Positions 19,302 through 27,212 are shown, counted from the first letter of the stretch. The stretch: DNA of 39,779 bases from a virus (IMGVR_UViG_3300028588_000045:1-39779), one strand, 5' to 3'. Notes: generated from the letters alone by a model not told the origin. Numbers and translations: made by a program.

Positions 19302-19868
19302 ATGAAAGGCCGCACCGGACTATTCGACGCGATCAGGCCATTCGCGCCTAATCAGGCTTTCACGCCAGCGATGGTGTCGATGGTCGATGCGCTGGCAGAT
19401 CGCTTTGGGTTGCCGCGTGTCGGGTCCGATGACTGGCTCCCGCACGCTCTTAGCCTCATCAAGCAGTTCGAGGGGTGCCGCCTTACCGCTTACCCCGATC
19501 CCGGCTCTGGCGGCGATCCCTGGACGATTGGCTGGGGTTCTACGGGCGCAGGTATTGCCAAGGGAGTGACGTGGACGCAGGCGCAGGCTGATTTGCGGTT
19601 GGCGCAGGACGTGATGAAGTTTGCCGCTGGTGTCGATGCCGCGCTAGGTGGCGCACCCGTCACGGCCAAGCAGAAGGGCGCGCTGGTATCGTTCGCGTAC
19701 AACGTCGGCACCAAGGCACTGGCGGATAGTACGCTGCTGAAGCTGCATAAGGCCGGCGACTATGCGGGGGCTGCGGGGCAGTTCAGCCGATGGAACAAGG
19801 CTGCGGGCAAGGTTATGGCTGGGCTGACGCGGCGGCGGGCGGCTGAGTCGGAGGTGTATTCGTCATGA
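19302..19868 (+). CDS. Endolysin, GH24 phage lysozyme
   Basis: IKQFEGCRLTAYPD...WTIGWGST, ALVSFAYNVG, GLTRRRAAE; alternative start 19287. Confidence 0.95.
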   Translation: MKGRTGLFDAIRPFAPNQAFTPAMVSMVDALADRFGLPRVGSDDWLPHALSLIKQFEGCRLTAYPDPGSGGDPWTIGWGSTGAGIAKGVTWTQAQADLRLAQDVMKFAAGVDAALGGAPVTAKQKGALVSFAYNVGTKALADSTLLKLHKAGDYAGAAGQFSRWNKAAGKVMAGLTRRRAAESEVYSS

Positions 19869-20101
19869 AGCAATCTACCACTGGCTTGGCGGCTTTCGTG
19901 TCCACGCTGGTAGCTGTCGTGCTGCTGTCGAAGATTGGTGGCTCTGGCGCTGATCTGGCGATTATGACGGGCCTTATCGGCGTGCTGGGTATGCTTGCTC
20001 CGGGATTGGTACCGTCCAGAGGTAACGACAATCGCAAGCCAGCAGACGCGCCAATCGGTACGCACGCTGATCCGGTGTCAGTAGAGGAAGTAAAGCCATG
20101 A
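19865..20101 (+). CDS. Putative holin (two TM segments)
   Basis: 78 aa, two hydrophobic helices and a charged tail, coupled to the endolysin. Confidence 0.55.
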   Translation: MKQSTTGLAAFVSTLVAVVLLSKIGGSGADLAIMTGLIGVLGMLAPGLVPSRGNDNRKPADAPIGTHADPVSVEEVKP

Positions 20102-20271
20102 GTCTCAAACTCCCCATCGGCCTAATCGCCCGCTTCGCCCTGAAGCGTATCGTTCTGCCGGCCATCGGCAAGGCTGTCGCGAACAACCAAAACCCGCTGA
20201 CCAAGGAAGCGGCCAAGCGGGCTTTGGAAGACGCGGTACAGGATGAGGTAACGCGGCGCTTACAGAAATAG
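20098..20271 (+). CDS. 57-aa cationic amphipathic peptide (not in ORF track)
   Basis: ATGA overlap, GAGG upstream; MSLKLPIGLIARFALKRIVLPAIGKAVANNQNPLTKEAAKRALEDAVQDEVTRRLQK*; last gene of the + strand block. Confidence 0.75.
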   Translation: MSLKLPIGLIARFALKRIVLPAIGKAVANNQNPLTKEAAKRALEDAVQDEVTRRLQK

Positions 20272-20273
20272 GT

Positions 20274-20642
20274 TCACCCCTCCCCGCCAAGAGGTTCAGT
20301 AGGGAGGGCGGAAAGCATGGCTTCCCATATTGCTCGCGCCTCGCCAGCATTAACCGCAGTCCAATCGCTCGGTTCGTCTGATGCGTATACCGCAACCGAC
20401 ACACCATTGGCCTGATTGAGCATGTCGCTTGTCGGCTCGCGCGGCACCAGCACCCATCCCTCACGCATATCGCGCCGCCCGGCTTCGTGACCCAAGAGGC
20501 GGTGACGGGCGACAATCTCAGCGATCTGCTCGGCCTTCGCGATTGCATCGTCGCGAGCGCACGTCGCGTTCCAGCTTTTAGTTTCCCACGCCCACGGCTC
20601 TAGTATCTGGGCGATTTCGCTGATGAGGTCCGCGTTGCTCAC
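20274..20642 (-). CDS. Phage accessory protein
   Basis: GTG start after AAAGGA; GWVLVPREPT..ML...WEAMLSALP motif is common in phage accessory proteins. Confidence 0.7.
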   Translation of the reverse strand: MSNADLISEIAQILEPWAWETKSWNATCARDDAIAKAEQIAEIVARHRLLGHEAGRRDMREGWVLVPREPTSDMLNQANGVSVAVYASDEPSDWTAVNAGEARAIWEAMLSALPTEPLGGEG

Positions 20643-20791
20643 TTGCGCGATCCTTTCGTGTGATAGGCGTTCGCTACTGGCGCGGTGTGGTGGTGAGGCT
20701 TTTCTTCGCCACAGATCGGGCAAGCGAACGTGCCCTGCGTGACCACCACGTCCTCCTGCGGCTTATGGTGCGGGTTCATGGGCGGGGTCAT
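20639..20791 (-). CDS. 50-aa Cys/His peptide
   Basis: MTPPMNPHH...ACPICGEEKPHHH...; coupled overlaps at both ends. Confidence 0.55.
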   Translation of the reverse strand: MTPPMNPHHKPQEDVVVTQGTFACPICGEEKPHHHTAPVANAYHTKGSRK

Positions 20792-20958
20792 ATCTCGCGC
20801 TCACTCTCTGTCTGGCGGACGTAGACGAGGCGTCCATTTCTCGCCTTCATCTCAAGCCCCCTGTGCTTGCGTGTCGGTGGTTCACGGTAGTCAGCACCCG
20901 GCCACAGCATCAGCGCGGCAATCGCGATCACGATGCCTGCTATCAGCCACTCGCTCAT
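20788..20958 (-). CDS. 56-aa single-TM protein
   Basis: MSEWLIAGIVIAIAALMLWPG...; GGAGG RBS; coupled overlaps. Confidence 0.6.
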   Translation of the reverse strand: MSEWLIAGIVIAIAALMLWPGADYREPPTRKHRGLEMKARNGRLVYVRQTESEREI

Positions 20959-21764
20959 CACTCGCCTCCGTTCTGAAGGGCGGCGCGGGCAATATTGGCG
21001 CAGTCTCGAACGCCGGTTAGATAGCCGGCATTGCGATCATGCTGCATCAGGTCAGACAGCGTTGCTTGCTCATCGTCGTTATCAACAATTTCCTGAAGCG
21101 CCGCCCGCAGCTTTTCTTTCTCACCCATCGTGCGCCCGGTTGCGGGCTGGGTGTCGAGGGCGGCGAGGATACCGTCTGCAATCTCGCCCACGCGATCCGA
21201 AACCGGCACGAAGTCGTCCTCGCCCATCGTGCCGACACCCCATGCCGACCATACGCGGGTGCAGTCGTAGCTATCCCCGAACTCTGCTTCGAGTTGTTCG
21301 ATCAGCCTTTCCCGCCGCTCCACCTCCCCCGCCTGATCGGTCGCGGCAACCGTTACGGGTGGGGTGAGGGCGTCATCGATCGCTTCAAGCGCCGTGAAGG
21401 ACATGCCTTCCCAATCAGCGTCGCCCTGTTCCTTCGCCGCCTCCAGATCGGCTTCTACGATTGGCCGCGCAAGTTGCAGAGCCTCCACCGCCCCGCGCTC
21501 GGTCGGGCGTGCGGTAGTGGCGGCGAAATGGCGACGTGCGACTTCGACAAGAACGTCAACCGCTTCCCGCTGGTCATCGCTCATTTCGTAATCGCCGAAA
21601 TACTTGTATTCAGTGGCTTTAATAGCCGCCGCCACAGCTTTCGGGCATAGCGCCCTCGCCTCCGGGCTTTCGGCTGGCTGTGCGGGTTCGCCGCTCTCCA
21701 GTGATACGGGGTCGTTCAGCCATGTTTCGGCTGGCTGTGCGGGTTCAGGCGTCATGGTCATCAT
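20958..21764 (-). CDS. Modular phage accessory protein
   Basis: 268 aa; includes YDCTRVWSAWGVGTM..DDF module and duplicated PAQPAE. Confidence 0.75.
   Translation of the reverse strand: MMTMTPEPAQPAETWLNDPVSLESGEPAQPAESPEARALCPKAVAAAIKATEYKYFGDYEMSDDQREAVDVLVEVARRHFAATTARPTERGAVEALQLARPIVEADLEAAKEQGDADWEGMSFTALEAIDDALTPPVTVAATDQAGEVERRERLIEQLEAEFGDSYDCTRVWSAWGVGTMGEDDFVPVSDRVGEIADGILAALDTQPATGRTMGEKEKLRAALQEIVDNDDEQATLSDLMQHDRNAGYLTGVRDCANIARAALQNGGE
21668..21746. repeat. 22-bp direct repeat, two copies
   Basis: TTTCGGCTGGCTGTGCGGGTTC at 21668-21689 and 21725-21746. Confidence 0.9.
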
Positions 21765-21999
21765 CCCAATGCTTGTTGAGGATCGCCGCCACCCGGTCAG
21801 CCACTGCGCGAGGTTCCGCGCTGTAAAGGCTGACGATCAGCACCGGCATCGTGAGGCCGATGGAAGTTCCGCGTTCGGTCTTCCTCGGCGGTGATTGGTA
21901 GTGGACCGCGACGCATTCGCCGCGCAGGTCGTCCCGATCCAAGTTACGCAGGTAAGCCGTCGTGCTGACGGTCCACGTCGTGTGCGCTTCATCCTTCAT
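21745..21999 (-). CDS. Hypothetical protein
   Basis: 84 aa, AAGGA upstream, part of coupled leftward operon. Confidence 0.65.
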   Translation of the reverse strand: MKDEAHTTWTVSTTAYLRNLDRDDLRGECVAVHYQSPPRKTERGTSIGLTMPVLIVSLYSAEPRAVADRVAAILNKHWDDDHDA

Positions 22000-22139
22000 G
22001 GTTCATGTCCTTGGTGGAGGCGGCGAGGGCGCGAAGGGCCGTGATCGCTGCCGGCACAATCGGTAGCGATGATGCGCAGTTGGCTTTTCAGGCCCTCAAT
22101 CCGGTTGACCCAGATCATCGTGCTATACGGCTCCCCCAT
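21996..22139 (-). CDS. Hypothetical small protein
   Basis: GAGGAG RBS, TGATG coupling; 47 aa. Confidence 0.5.
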   Translation of the reverse strand: MGEPYSTMIWVNRIEGLKSQLRIIATDCAGSDHGPSRPRRLHQGHEP

Positions 22140-22396
22140 CACTCCTCCCCTTTGGATTGTGCCAACGAGGCGCGGACGGCGAGGCCGAGAGGGGTGAGAA
22201 CCCAACGGCGCGGGTTCATTTCGACCTGGATCAATCCCTTGCGGCGCATTGACTGCCGGAAACTGTCCTCTGCGCGCGTGGCGTGAAGCAGTCGCTGACC
22301 ATTGGCGATACGATCAAGGATGCTGAAATGCGAATGCGTCAGCCTCTTCGCGATCTCCGCGATAGCAGCCGCGTCGTGGGCGGGAGGGGGCGTCAT
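22139..22396 (-). CDS. Hypothetical protein, winged-helix-like
   Basis: RLT...IL...SMRRKGLI...WVLTPLG pattern; ATGA coupling. Confidence 0.6.
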   Translation of the reverse strand: MTPPPAHDAAAIAEIAKRLTHSHFSILDRIANGQRLLHATRAEDSFRQSMRRKGLIQVEMNPRRWVLTPLGLAVRASLAQSKGEE

Positions 22397-22578
22397 GATA
22401 GCACCGCCGCAAAGAACATGGCCCAAATAGCCACGCACAACACCAGGAACAGCGCCCACCATGCCAGCTTAACGCCCGGTCGCATTGGCGCTTCTTCAGG
22501 CACTAGCGGCATTCGTTCGGAAAGCATGGACCGTTGCGATGCAGGCGGGCGGGTGAAGTTGTCAGGTCCGATCAGCAT
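22393..22578 (-). CDS. Small protein with C-terminal TM helix
   Basis: AAGGAG RBS; ends WWALFLVLCVAIWAMFFAAVLS. Confidence 0.6.
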   Translation of the reverse strand: MLIGPDNFTRPPASQRSMLSERMPLVPEEAPMRPGVKLAWWALFLVLCVAIWAMFFAAVLS

Positions 22579-22742
22579 TGCGTATCTCCTTCTTCTGCCC
22601 ACCGAAGGGCCTGTTTGCGGTTTAGGGCTGACATGCCCGCGTCAATCGCGGCGTGGCATTGTGCCCGGTTCATGTCGCGTATGGCATCGTAAGGAATGGG
22701 GTTTTGCCAGTAGCGGGTGATTTGGGTGAAGTCGTCGGTCAT
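22572..22742 (-). CDS. 56-aa hypothetical protein (not in ORF track)
   Basis: MTDDFTQITRYWQNPIPYDAIRDM...; fills the gap with overlaps at both ends. Confidence 0.55.
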   Translation of the reverse strand: MTDDFTQITRYWQNPIPYDAIRDMNRAQCHAAIDAGMSALNRKQALRWAEEGDTQC

Positions 22743-22915
22743 GAGACAAACTTGTAAGCTGTGATCTGGTCACAAGCAGGTATCGAATAGTCCCAATACA
22801 AATCACCGGCTTGTCGGGTATCTGTATCGCCGCCGCGTAGCCTCACTTCTACGGTTTGCTTTGGATCAATTGGGCATTCCCCACCGCGCCATTTAATCCA
22901 TCGGTCAACCTCCAT
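22739..22915 (-). CDS. Small conserved phage protein
   Basis: WIKWRGGECP...VEVRLRGG...W...ITAYK motif. Confidence 0.7.
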   Translation of the reverse strand: MEVDRWIKWRGGECPIDPKQTVEVRLRGGDTDTRQAGDLYWDYSIPACDQITAYKFVS

Positions 22916-23060
22916 AGCGCCCATCCCTATCCCGCTGCACCCCGGACAACCCCGCCTCGCCATCACGCAAAGGGCGTAGGGTGCGTTCGCAGTGGGCGCA
23001 GTATGGCTTGCCGAAGTACCCGCGCCCGGTCGGGCGGCTGTGGCAGTCGGGGCAGGTCAT
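22905..23060 (-). CDS. 51-aa zinc-ribbon peptide (not in ORF track)
   Basis: MTCPDCHSRP...YCAHCERT; ATGA coupling. Confidence 0.55.
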   Translation of the reverse strand: MTCPDCHSRPTGRGYFGKPYCAHCERTLRPLRDGEAGLSGVQRDRDGRYGG

Positions 23061-23374
23061 TCGCCGATGCCCAGAAAGGGGCGGCCATCATAAAACTCAT
23101 ACTCATCCAGCATAAGCATAATGGGCTTGTCACCAGCCCAAGTGCGACTTTCACCGCCAACGACCTTGAGCATTGCTTGCGCAGGGTTGACGGCGATCAC
23201 TTCCCACACGCTGTTCGTGTAAGAGCGGTCACCTGTGATCTTATTACGGCTGAATGTCACCACGTCGCCCACATCAAGCATGCTCCTTTCCAGGCCTGGT
23301 TTCGCAGGCCGGCCTGCAATCGCCTTGCTCATGCGCTGGTAGTGCTCGTCGTCTCCAAATCCCGTCGCCATCAT
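23057..23374 (-). CDS. First gene of leftward operon, hypothetical (SH3-like)
   Basis: GGAGA RBS; LDVGDVVTF...WEVIAV. Confidence 0.65.
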   Translation of the reverse strand: MMATGFGDDEHYQRMSKAIAGRPAKPGLERSMLDVGDVVTFSRNKITGDRSYTNSVWEVIAVNPAQAMLKVVGGESRTWAGDKPIMLMLDEYEFYDGRPFLGIGE

Positions 23375-23414
23375 CATTCTCCCTAGCAACCCCAACGGAG
23401 GCGCTGCGTCTGGG

Positions 23415-23495
23415 GGTTATTTGGCATGGGGGTGGATGGGGTGTCAACACAAATTTGCACTTGACGGCACGGCAACGCACGATTACGAAGGCGGC
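23415..23495. promoter_or_regulatory. Divergent early promoters
   Basis: Minus: TTGACA(23447-23442)-17-CCAAAT. Plus: TTGACG(23461)-17-TACGAA, then ATG 6 nt later (possibly leaderless). Sits at the strand switch. Confidence 0.65.
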
Positions 23496-23696
23496 ATGGA
23501 TAGGGACCAGCTCATGGAGCAAGTGCGGCAACGCACCTTCGCCGCCCGTATGTCGCTTTATGCCTTGTGCAAGGAAGCCGGCGTTTCGGGCACGGTCATC
23601 ACGCGCTGGATACAGAAAAAGTACACGCCCTCGCTGCCGACAATCGGCAAGCTGGAGCGGCGGTTGGATCAGATTGAGAGGGAGAAAAACGCATGA
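23496..23696 (+). CDS. Cro/XRE-like HTH regulator
   Basis: MSLYALCKEAGVSGTVITRW...PSLPTIGKL; 66 aa. Confidence 0.8.
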   Translation: MDRDQLMEQVRQRTFAARMSLYALCKEAGVSGTVITRWIQKKYTPSLPTIGKLERRLDQIEREKNA

Positions 23697-24079
23697 ATAT
23701 CTGGAGATACAATCCCGACAACTACAACATTGGTGATAAGATTTGGGTGTGCTCGCCTTATGGGTGGTCTAACTACAAAGCGAACTATTATCTTGTAACG
23801 CGCAAAACTCCAACAGGACAGATTACAGCTAAGCGGGAAGACCGAGAAATTCGATTTACAAAAAACGGCTCTATTGTCGGCGGCGGCATTCATGACCGTA
23901 ACAGAGTTTGTTCTGAGGAGCAGGCTGTGGCCCTTAATAAAGAGGCGAAGGAGCGAGATGTCTGGCTAAAAATAGCCGAACTTTGCCGAGCAATCGAAGT
24001 TGCCGCACGTAGACAGGACGCTGAAACTTTTGACGCCGCCCTTAAGGGCATTGTTGCCGCCCGTGGAGAGTCCGCATGA
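23693..24079 (+). CDS. Hypothetical protein
   Basis: 128 aa, VTRKTPTGQIT motif, AT-richer, coupled. Confidence 0.7.
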   Translation: MNIWRYNPDNYNIGDKIWVCSPYGWSNYKANYYLVTRKTPTGQITAKREDREIRFTKNGSIVGGGIHDRNRVCSEEQAVALNKEAKERDVWLKIAELCRAIEVAARRQDAETFDAALKGIVAARGESA

Positions 24080-24405
24080 CCCGCGCCACACCCCTACAGA
24101 TCGAGGTGGCATGCCTCACACGGTCGGCGGACGCAGCTACAGCGTATCTTCTGGGCAAAGGGCTGGAGGTGCGCCGCAGCCAGTGCGCCACGATGATTTC
24201 ACGGCTGATCGCCAGGAAAGAGCGGAAGGCTATGGCGAACTCTTTCCGGCAATACTCCGGGCAAGGCATGGTAGACATATCGCGCCATGAAGCGGAACGC
24301 GGTAGCCGCAAACTGCTGGCGGCGCACTTGAAGGCTGACCAGCATTACATCAATGATCCTCGCCGCATGGCAGATGCGATCAAGGCTGCGGGGTTGGCGG
24401 CATGA
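24076..24405 (+). CDS. Hypothetical protein
   Basis: GGAG RBS, ATGA coupling. Confidence 0.65.
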   Translation: MTRATPLQIEVACLTRSADAATAYLLGKGLEVRRSQCATMISRLIARKERKAMANSFRQYSGQGMVDISRHEAERGSRKLLAAHLKADQHYINDPRRMADAIKAAGLAA

Positions 24406-24563
24406 AAGACGGCCCAATCTTCGTGTTCGGCCCCTTCGTAGGGCCGGCTCGTGCCGCTACCGGCAGCTTTCCGTTCGTTCATCGCACCGTTGAGGAATGC
24501 GACATCAACTATGAAGATTTGCGGGAGGCGTGCGAGGAAAACATGCGCGGGCGTAAGTGGTGA
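24402..24563 (+). CDS. 53-aa hypothetical protein (not in ORF track)
   Basis: MKDGPIFVFGPFVG...; ATGA coupling. Confidence 0.5.
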   Translation: MKDGPIFVFGPFVGPARAATGSFPFVHRTVEECDINYEDLREACEENMRGRKW

Positions 24564-24624
24564 CCGGCACCGAACTGATCGAGCGCGCGGCGCGGGTGAC
24601 GGCGCGGATGGGGAGGGTGGGGGT

Positions 24625-24795
24625 GTGATCCCCTACGATGCCGAGATGATAGCCAAGCTGCTGCGGATTATGCCGCAGGGCCAGCTTAACGCGGTGTCGC
24701 CCCGAGATTTTCAACGCCACCCCTTGCCTGCGATCACGAAAGGGGCGGTAATAGGAGAAATGATCGCGCACGAAAAGCAGAGGAGAAGGAAATGA
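24625..24795 (+). CDS. 56-aa hypothetical protein
   Basis: GTG after G-rich RBS; MIPYDAEMIAKLLRIMP... Confidence 0.55.
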   Translation: MIPYDAEMIAKLLRIMPQGQLNAVSPRDFQRHPLPAITKGAVIGEMIAHEKQRRRK

Positions 24796-24986
24796 AGCCG
24801 CTAACGGAGAACATGATAGAGGCGCTAAAGCTGGCAGAGGATACCCTGTACGGCGATGTCAAACTGGTCGAAGGTTATGGCCGGCAGATCAGGGGCTTGC
24901 GTAGTCGCGGGCTGGTTTCGGGAGAACTGCCGCACGTATATCTGACGGATGCCGGTAAGGTGGAGAAGGATCGGGTTCATGCGTGA
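24792..24986 (+). CDS. Small winged-helix-like protein
   Basis: LT...EAL...IRGLRSRGLV...YLTDAG; AGGAG upstream. Confidence 0.65.
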   Translation: MKPLTENMIEALKLAEDTLYGDVKLVEGYGRQIRGLRSRGLVSGELPHVYLTDAGKVEKDRVHA

Positions 24987-25141
24987 TGTTGCGCTTAGGC
25001 TTTCGCTGTCCGTGGGAGGACTATGAGGACATCTTGACCGACATCCTCGAATATTCCTCAAATGGGCTTTGGCAGGGCCAAAGGGTCATACTTCAGGAAC
25101 TCAGAGACGCCCTTCGCGCCGCATCTTCCACAACCTCCTAA
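24986..25141 (+). CDS. 51-aa hypothetical protein (not in ORF track)
   Basis: TGATG coupling; MLRLGFRCPWEDYEDILTDILEY...; ends before the terminator. Confidence 0.5.
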   Translation: MLRLGFRCPWEDYEDILTDILEYSSNGLWQGQRVILQELRDALRAASSTTS

Positions 25142-25167
25142 CCTCCGCCTCAACAAGCGGGCGAACG

Positions 25168-25196
25168 CGGGGTGGGGTGAAACCCGCCCCGTTTTT
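25168..25196 (+). terminator. Rho-independent terminator
   Basis: CGGGGTGGGGT-GAA-ACCCGCCCCG hairpin followed by TTTTT. Confidence 0.75.
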
Positions 25197-25207
25197 GCGT
25201 CTGACGT

Positions 25208-25261
25208 GTTCCCATTGTGGTTGACAGCCGTTCCCATTGCTGTAGTGTCGGCGTTCCCATT
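25208..25261 (+). promoter_or_regulatory. Promoter of the recombination operon with three GTTCCCATT repeats
   Basis: TTGACA(25221)-16-TAGTGT; repeats at 25208, 25230 and 25253. Confidence 0.7.
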
Positions 25262-25273
25262 ATGGAGAAGATG

Positions 25274-25957
25274 ATGGCAATCACATACCACAAAGACCTG
25301 ATCCAGGGTTCGGAAGCGTGGCACCAAGCACGTTGCGGACTGCTGACCGGCAGCGAAATCAAGTTAATCATGACGCCGACGCTTGCTGTGGCGAAGAACG
25401 ACAAAGCCCGCGCCCACCTATTCGAGTTGGTGGCGCAGCGTATCAGCAGCTACGTAGAACCCAGCTTTTCGGGCTGGGACACAGAACGCGGCCATGTAGA
25501 TGAGGCACGCGCCCGCATCATCTACGAGCGCGAATACGGCCCCTTGGATGATGGGGGCTTTGTCACCAACGATCGGTGGGGGTTCACGCTGGGTTGCTCG
25601 CCGGACGGGCTACGTAAGGACGTGAACGCCGGCTGGGAGTGCAAGAGCCGCAAACAGAAGTACCAAGTCGAAACGATAATGACGCGGGCTATGCCAACGG
25701 ATTTCGCGTTTCAGGTACAGGGCTGCTTGTTGGTGACACAGCGCGAGTGGTGGGACTTCACGTCATACAGCGGCGGGCTGCCCATGATTACGCTGAGAGT
25801 CTATCCAGACGACAAGGTCCAGCAAGCTATCATTGATACGGTAGGCGATGCGGAGAAGCGCATGGCCGAAATGCTCAACCAATACGAAGAAACCCTAGCC
25901 TCCGAGACGCGCCTTGTCGCGACGGAGCGCGAAATCGAACAGGAGATGTACGTATGA
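25274..25957 (+). CDS. YqaJ/lambda-exonuclease family recombination nuclease
   Basis: QGSEAWHQARCGLLTGSE, GCSPDG, ECKS and QVQG motifs. Confidence 0.92.
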   Translation: MAITYHKDLIQGSEAWHQARCGLLTGSEIKLIMTPTLAVAKNDKARAHLFELVAQRISSYVEPSFSGWDTERGHVDEARARIIYEREYGPLDDGGFVTNDRWGFTLGCSPDGLRKDVNAGWECKSRKQKYQVETIMTRAMPTDFAFQVQGCLLVTQREWWDFTSYSGGLPMITLRVYPDDKVQQAIIDTVGDAEKRMAEMLNQYEETLASETRLVATEREIEQEMYV

Positions 25958-26553
25958 ATATGCTCAACACAATTGTTGCCAAAAGCGACCAAATCAACGC
26001 AGACGATTTCGGTCCAGGCGAGACAATGGACATCACCATTCGCGACGTGAAGTTCGGCGGCGGTGCGGAACAGCCAGTGTCGATCTACTTCGATGGCGAG
26101 GAAAAGGCATTCCGCCCGTGTAAGTCTATGCGCCGGGTTCTTGTTGCGATCTGGGGACCGGACGCCAAGGAATACGTAGGGCGTTCGATGCGGCTCTATA
26201 ACGATCCTGAAGTCACTTACGGCAAGCTAAAGGTGGGCGGCATCCGTATATCGCACATGACGAATATGGACGCGCCTATCGTGCTGGCGCTGACGGCTAC
26301 GCGGGCGAACAAGAAGCCCTACAAGGTCATGCCTATGCCAATACCGCAGCAACAGCAGCCAGTGGACGCGCTAACCCTAGACGCAGCCCGCGACCTGATC
26401 GAGCAGGCACCGGACATGGACGCACTCGGGGCTGTGTGGAAGCGCAAGACGATGGCACCGTTCCGCGCGGAGTTGCAGGGCGCGCTGGACAAGCGAAAGG
26501 GCGAACTTGCGCCGCCGGTTGATGAGCAGTTTGCCGGGGAGGGTGAAGCGTGA
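25954..26553 (+). CDS. Conserved exonuclease-partner protein (putative ssDNA binding/annealing)
   Basis: KSDQINADD, PCKSMRRVL..WG, GGIRISHM; occupies the usual SSAP position. Confidence 0.6.
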   Translation: MNMLNTIVAKSDQINADDFGPGETMDITIRDVKFGGGAEQPVSIYFDGEEKAFRPCKSMRRVLVAIWGPDAKEYVGRSMRLYNDPEVTYGKLKVGGIRISHMTNMDAPIVLALTATRANKKPYKVMPMPIPQQQQPVDALTLDAARDLIEQAPDMDALGAVWKRKTMAPFRAELQGALDKRKGELAPPVDEQFAGEGEA

Positions 26554-26858
26554 CGGATTACAGCTACAAGGCCGATCTTGACATCGGTCTGGATGGGGCA
26601 GCCTTAGAATACGAAGCCAAGGTTTTCTTTACCTACCATCGTGGCTTTGACGGCGATCAGATCGATCCTGACGAACCAGCAACCGTCGAGTTGACCGACG
26701 TTCATGTCACGATGCCGGGGCGCGATCCGTTCAAGCTAGGTCCGCCTGCCCTGTTGGACGCGCTAAATGAGGCGCTTCAACATGAGATGTTCGAATTCGT
26801 GGCAGCCTGTGCAGAGGATGCAGCCGAAACACGATACGAAGCCCGACGCGATGACTGA
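26550..26858 (+). CDS. Acidic hypothetical protein
   Basis: 102 aa, D/E-rich, DPDEP motif, coupled. Confidence 0.7.
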   Translation: MTDYSYKADLDIGLDGAALEYEAKVFFTYHRGFDGDQIDPDEPATVELTDVHVTMPGRDPFKLGPPALLDALNEALQHEMFEFVAACAEDAAETRYEARRDD

Positions 26859-27042
26859 CGCGGAAATCATCACAGCACTCGGTGGCCCTAGCAAGGTCGC
26901 AGAACGCTTCGGGTTGCAGCGTAACAGCGTCTGCAACTGGAAAACACGCGGCATCCCGCGATGGTGGCGCAAGATGGTCGCGGAACATGCGCGGCGGGTC
27001 AAGGTCACGCTGCCGGACGGTTTTATGGAGGGGAGAGGGTGA
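26851..27042 (+). CDS. Cro-like HTH regulator
   Basis: IITALGGPSKVAERFGLQRNSVCNWKTRGIP. Confidence 0.8.
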   Translation: MTDAEIITALGGPSKVAERFGLQRNSVCNWKTRGIPRWWRKMVAEHARRVKVTLPDGFMEGRG

Positions 27043-27212
27043 TGGAAGGTTCATGCGAAATAGCCAAACTTGATAACAGTGGCGCGCATCGTCCTTGGTT
27101 TATCATAGAGCGTTACGCCACGAGTGATGGGGTTCGCACGAGGATTTGTGACGGGTTCTGGGCTACGAAACGCGAGGCACAGGAGCACTGCGATTGGAAA
27201 AACCGGTCATGA
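27042..27212 (+). CDS. 56-aa hypothetical protein
   Basis: TGATG coupling, G-rich RBS. Confidence 0.55.
   Translation: MEGSCEIAKLDNSGAHRPWFIIERYATSDGVRTRICDGFWATKREAQEHCDWKNRS

Noticed and set aside
18643-19305. 220-aa plus-strand ORF bridging the lysis genes (similarly 2203-2658)
   Set aside because: Shadow frame of the clearly recognisable minus-strand endonuclease; no protein motifs.
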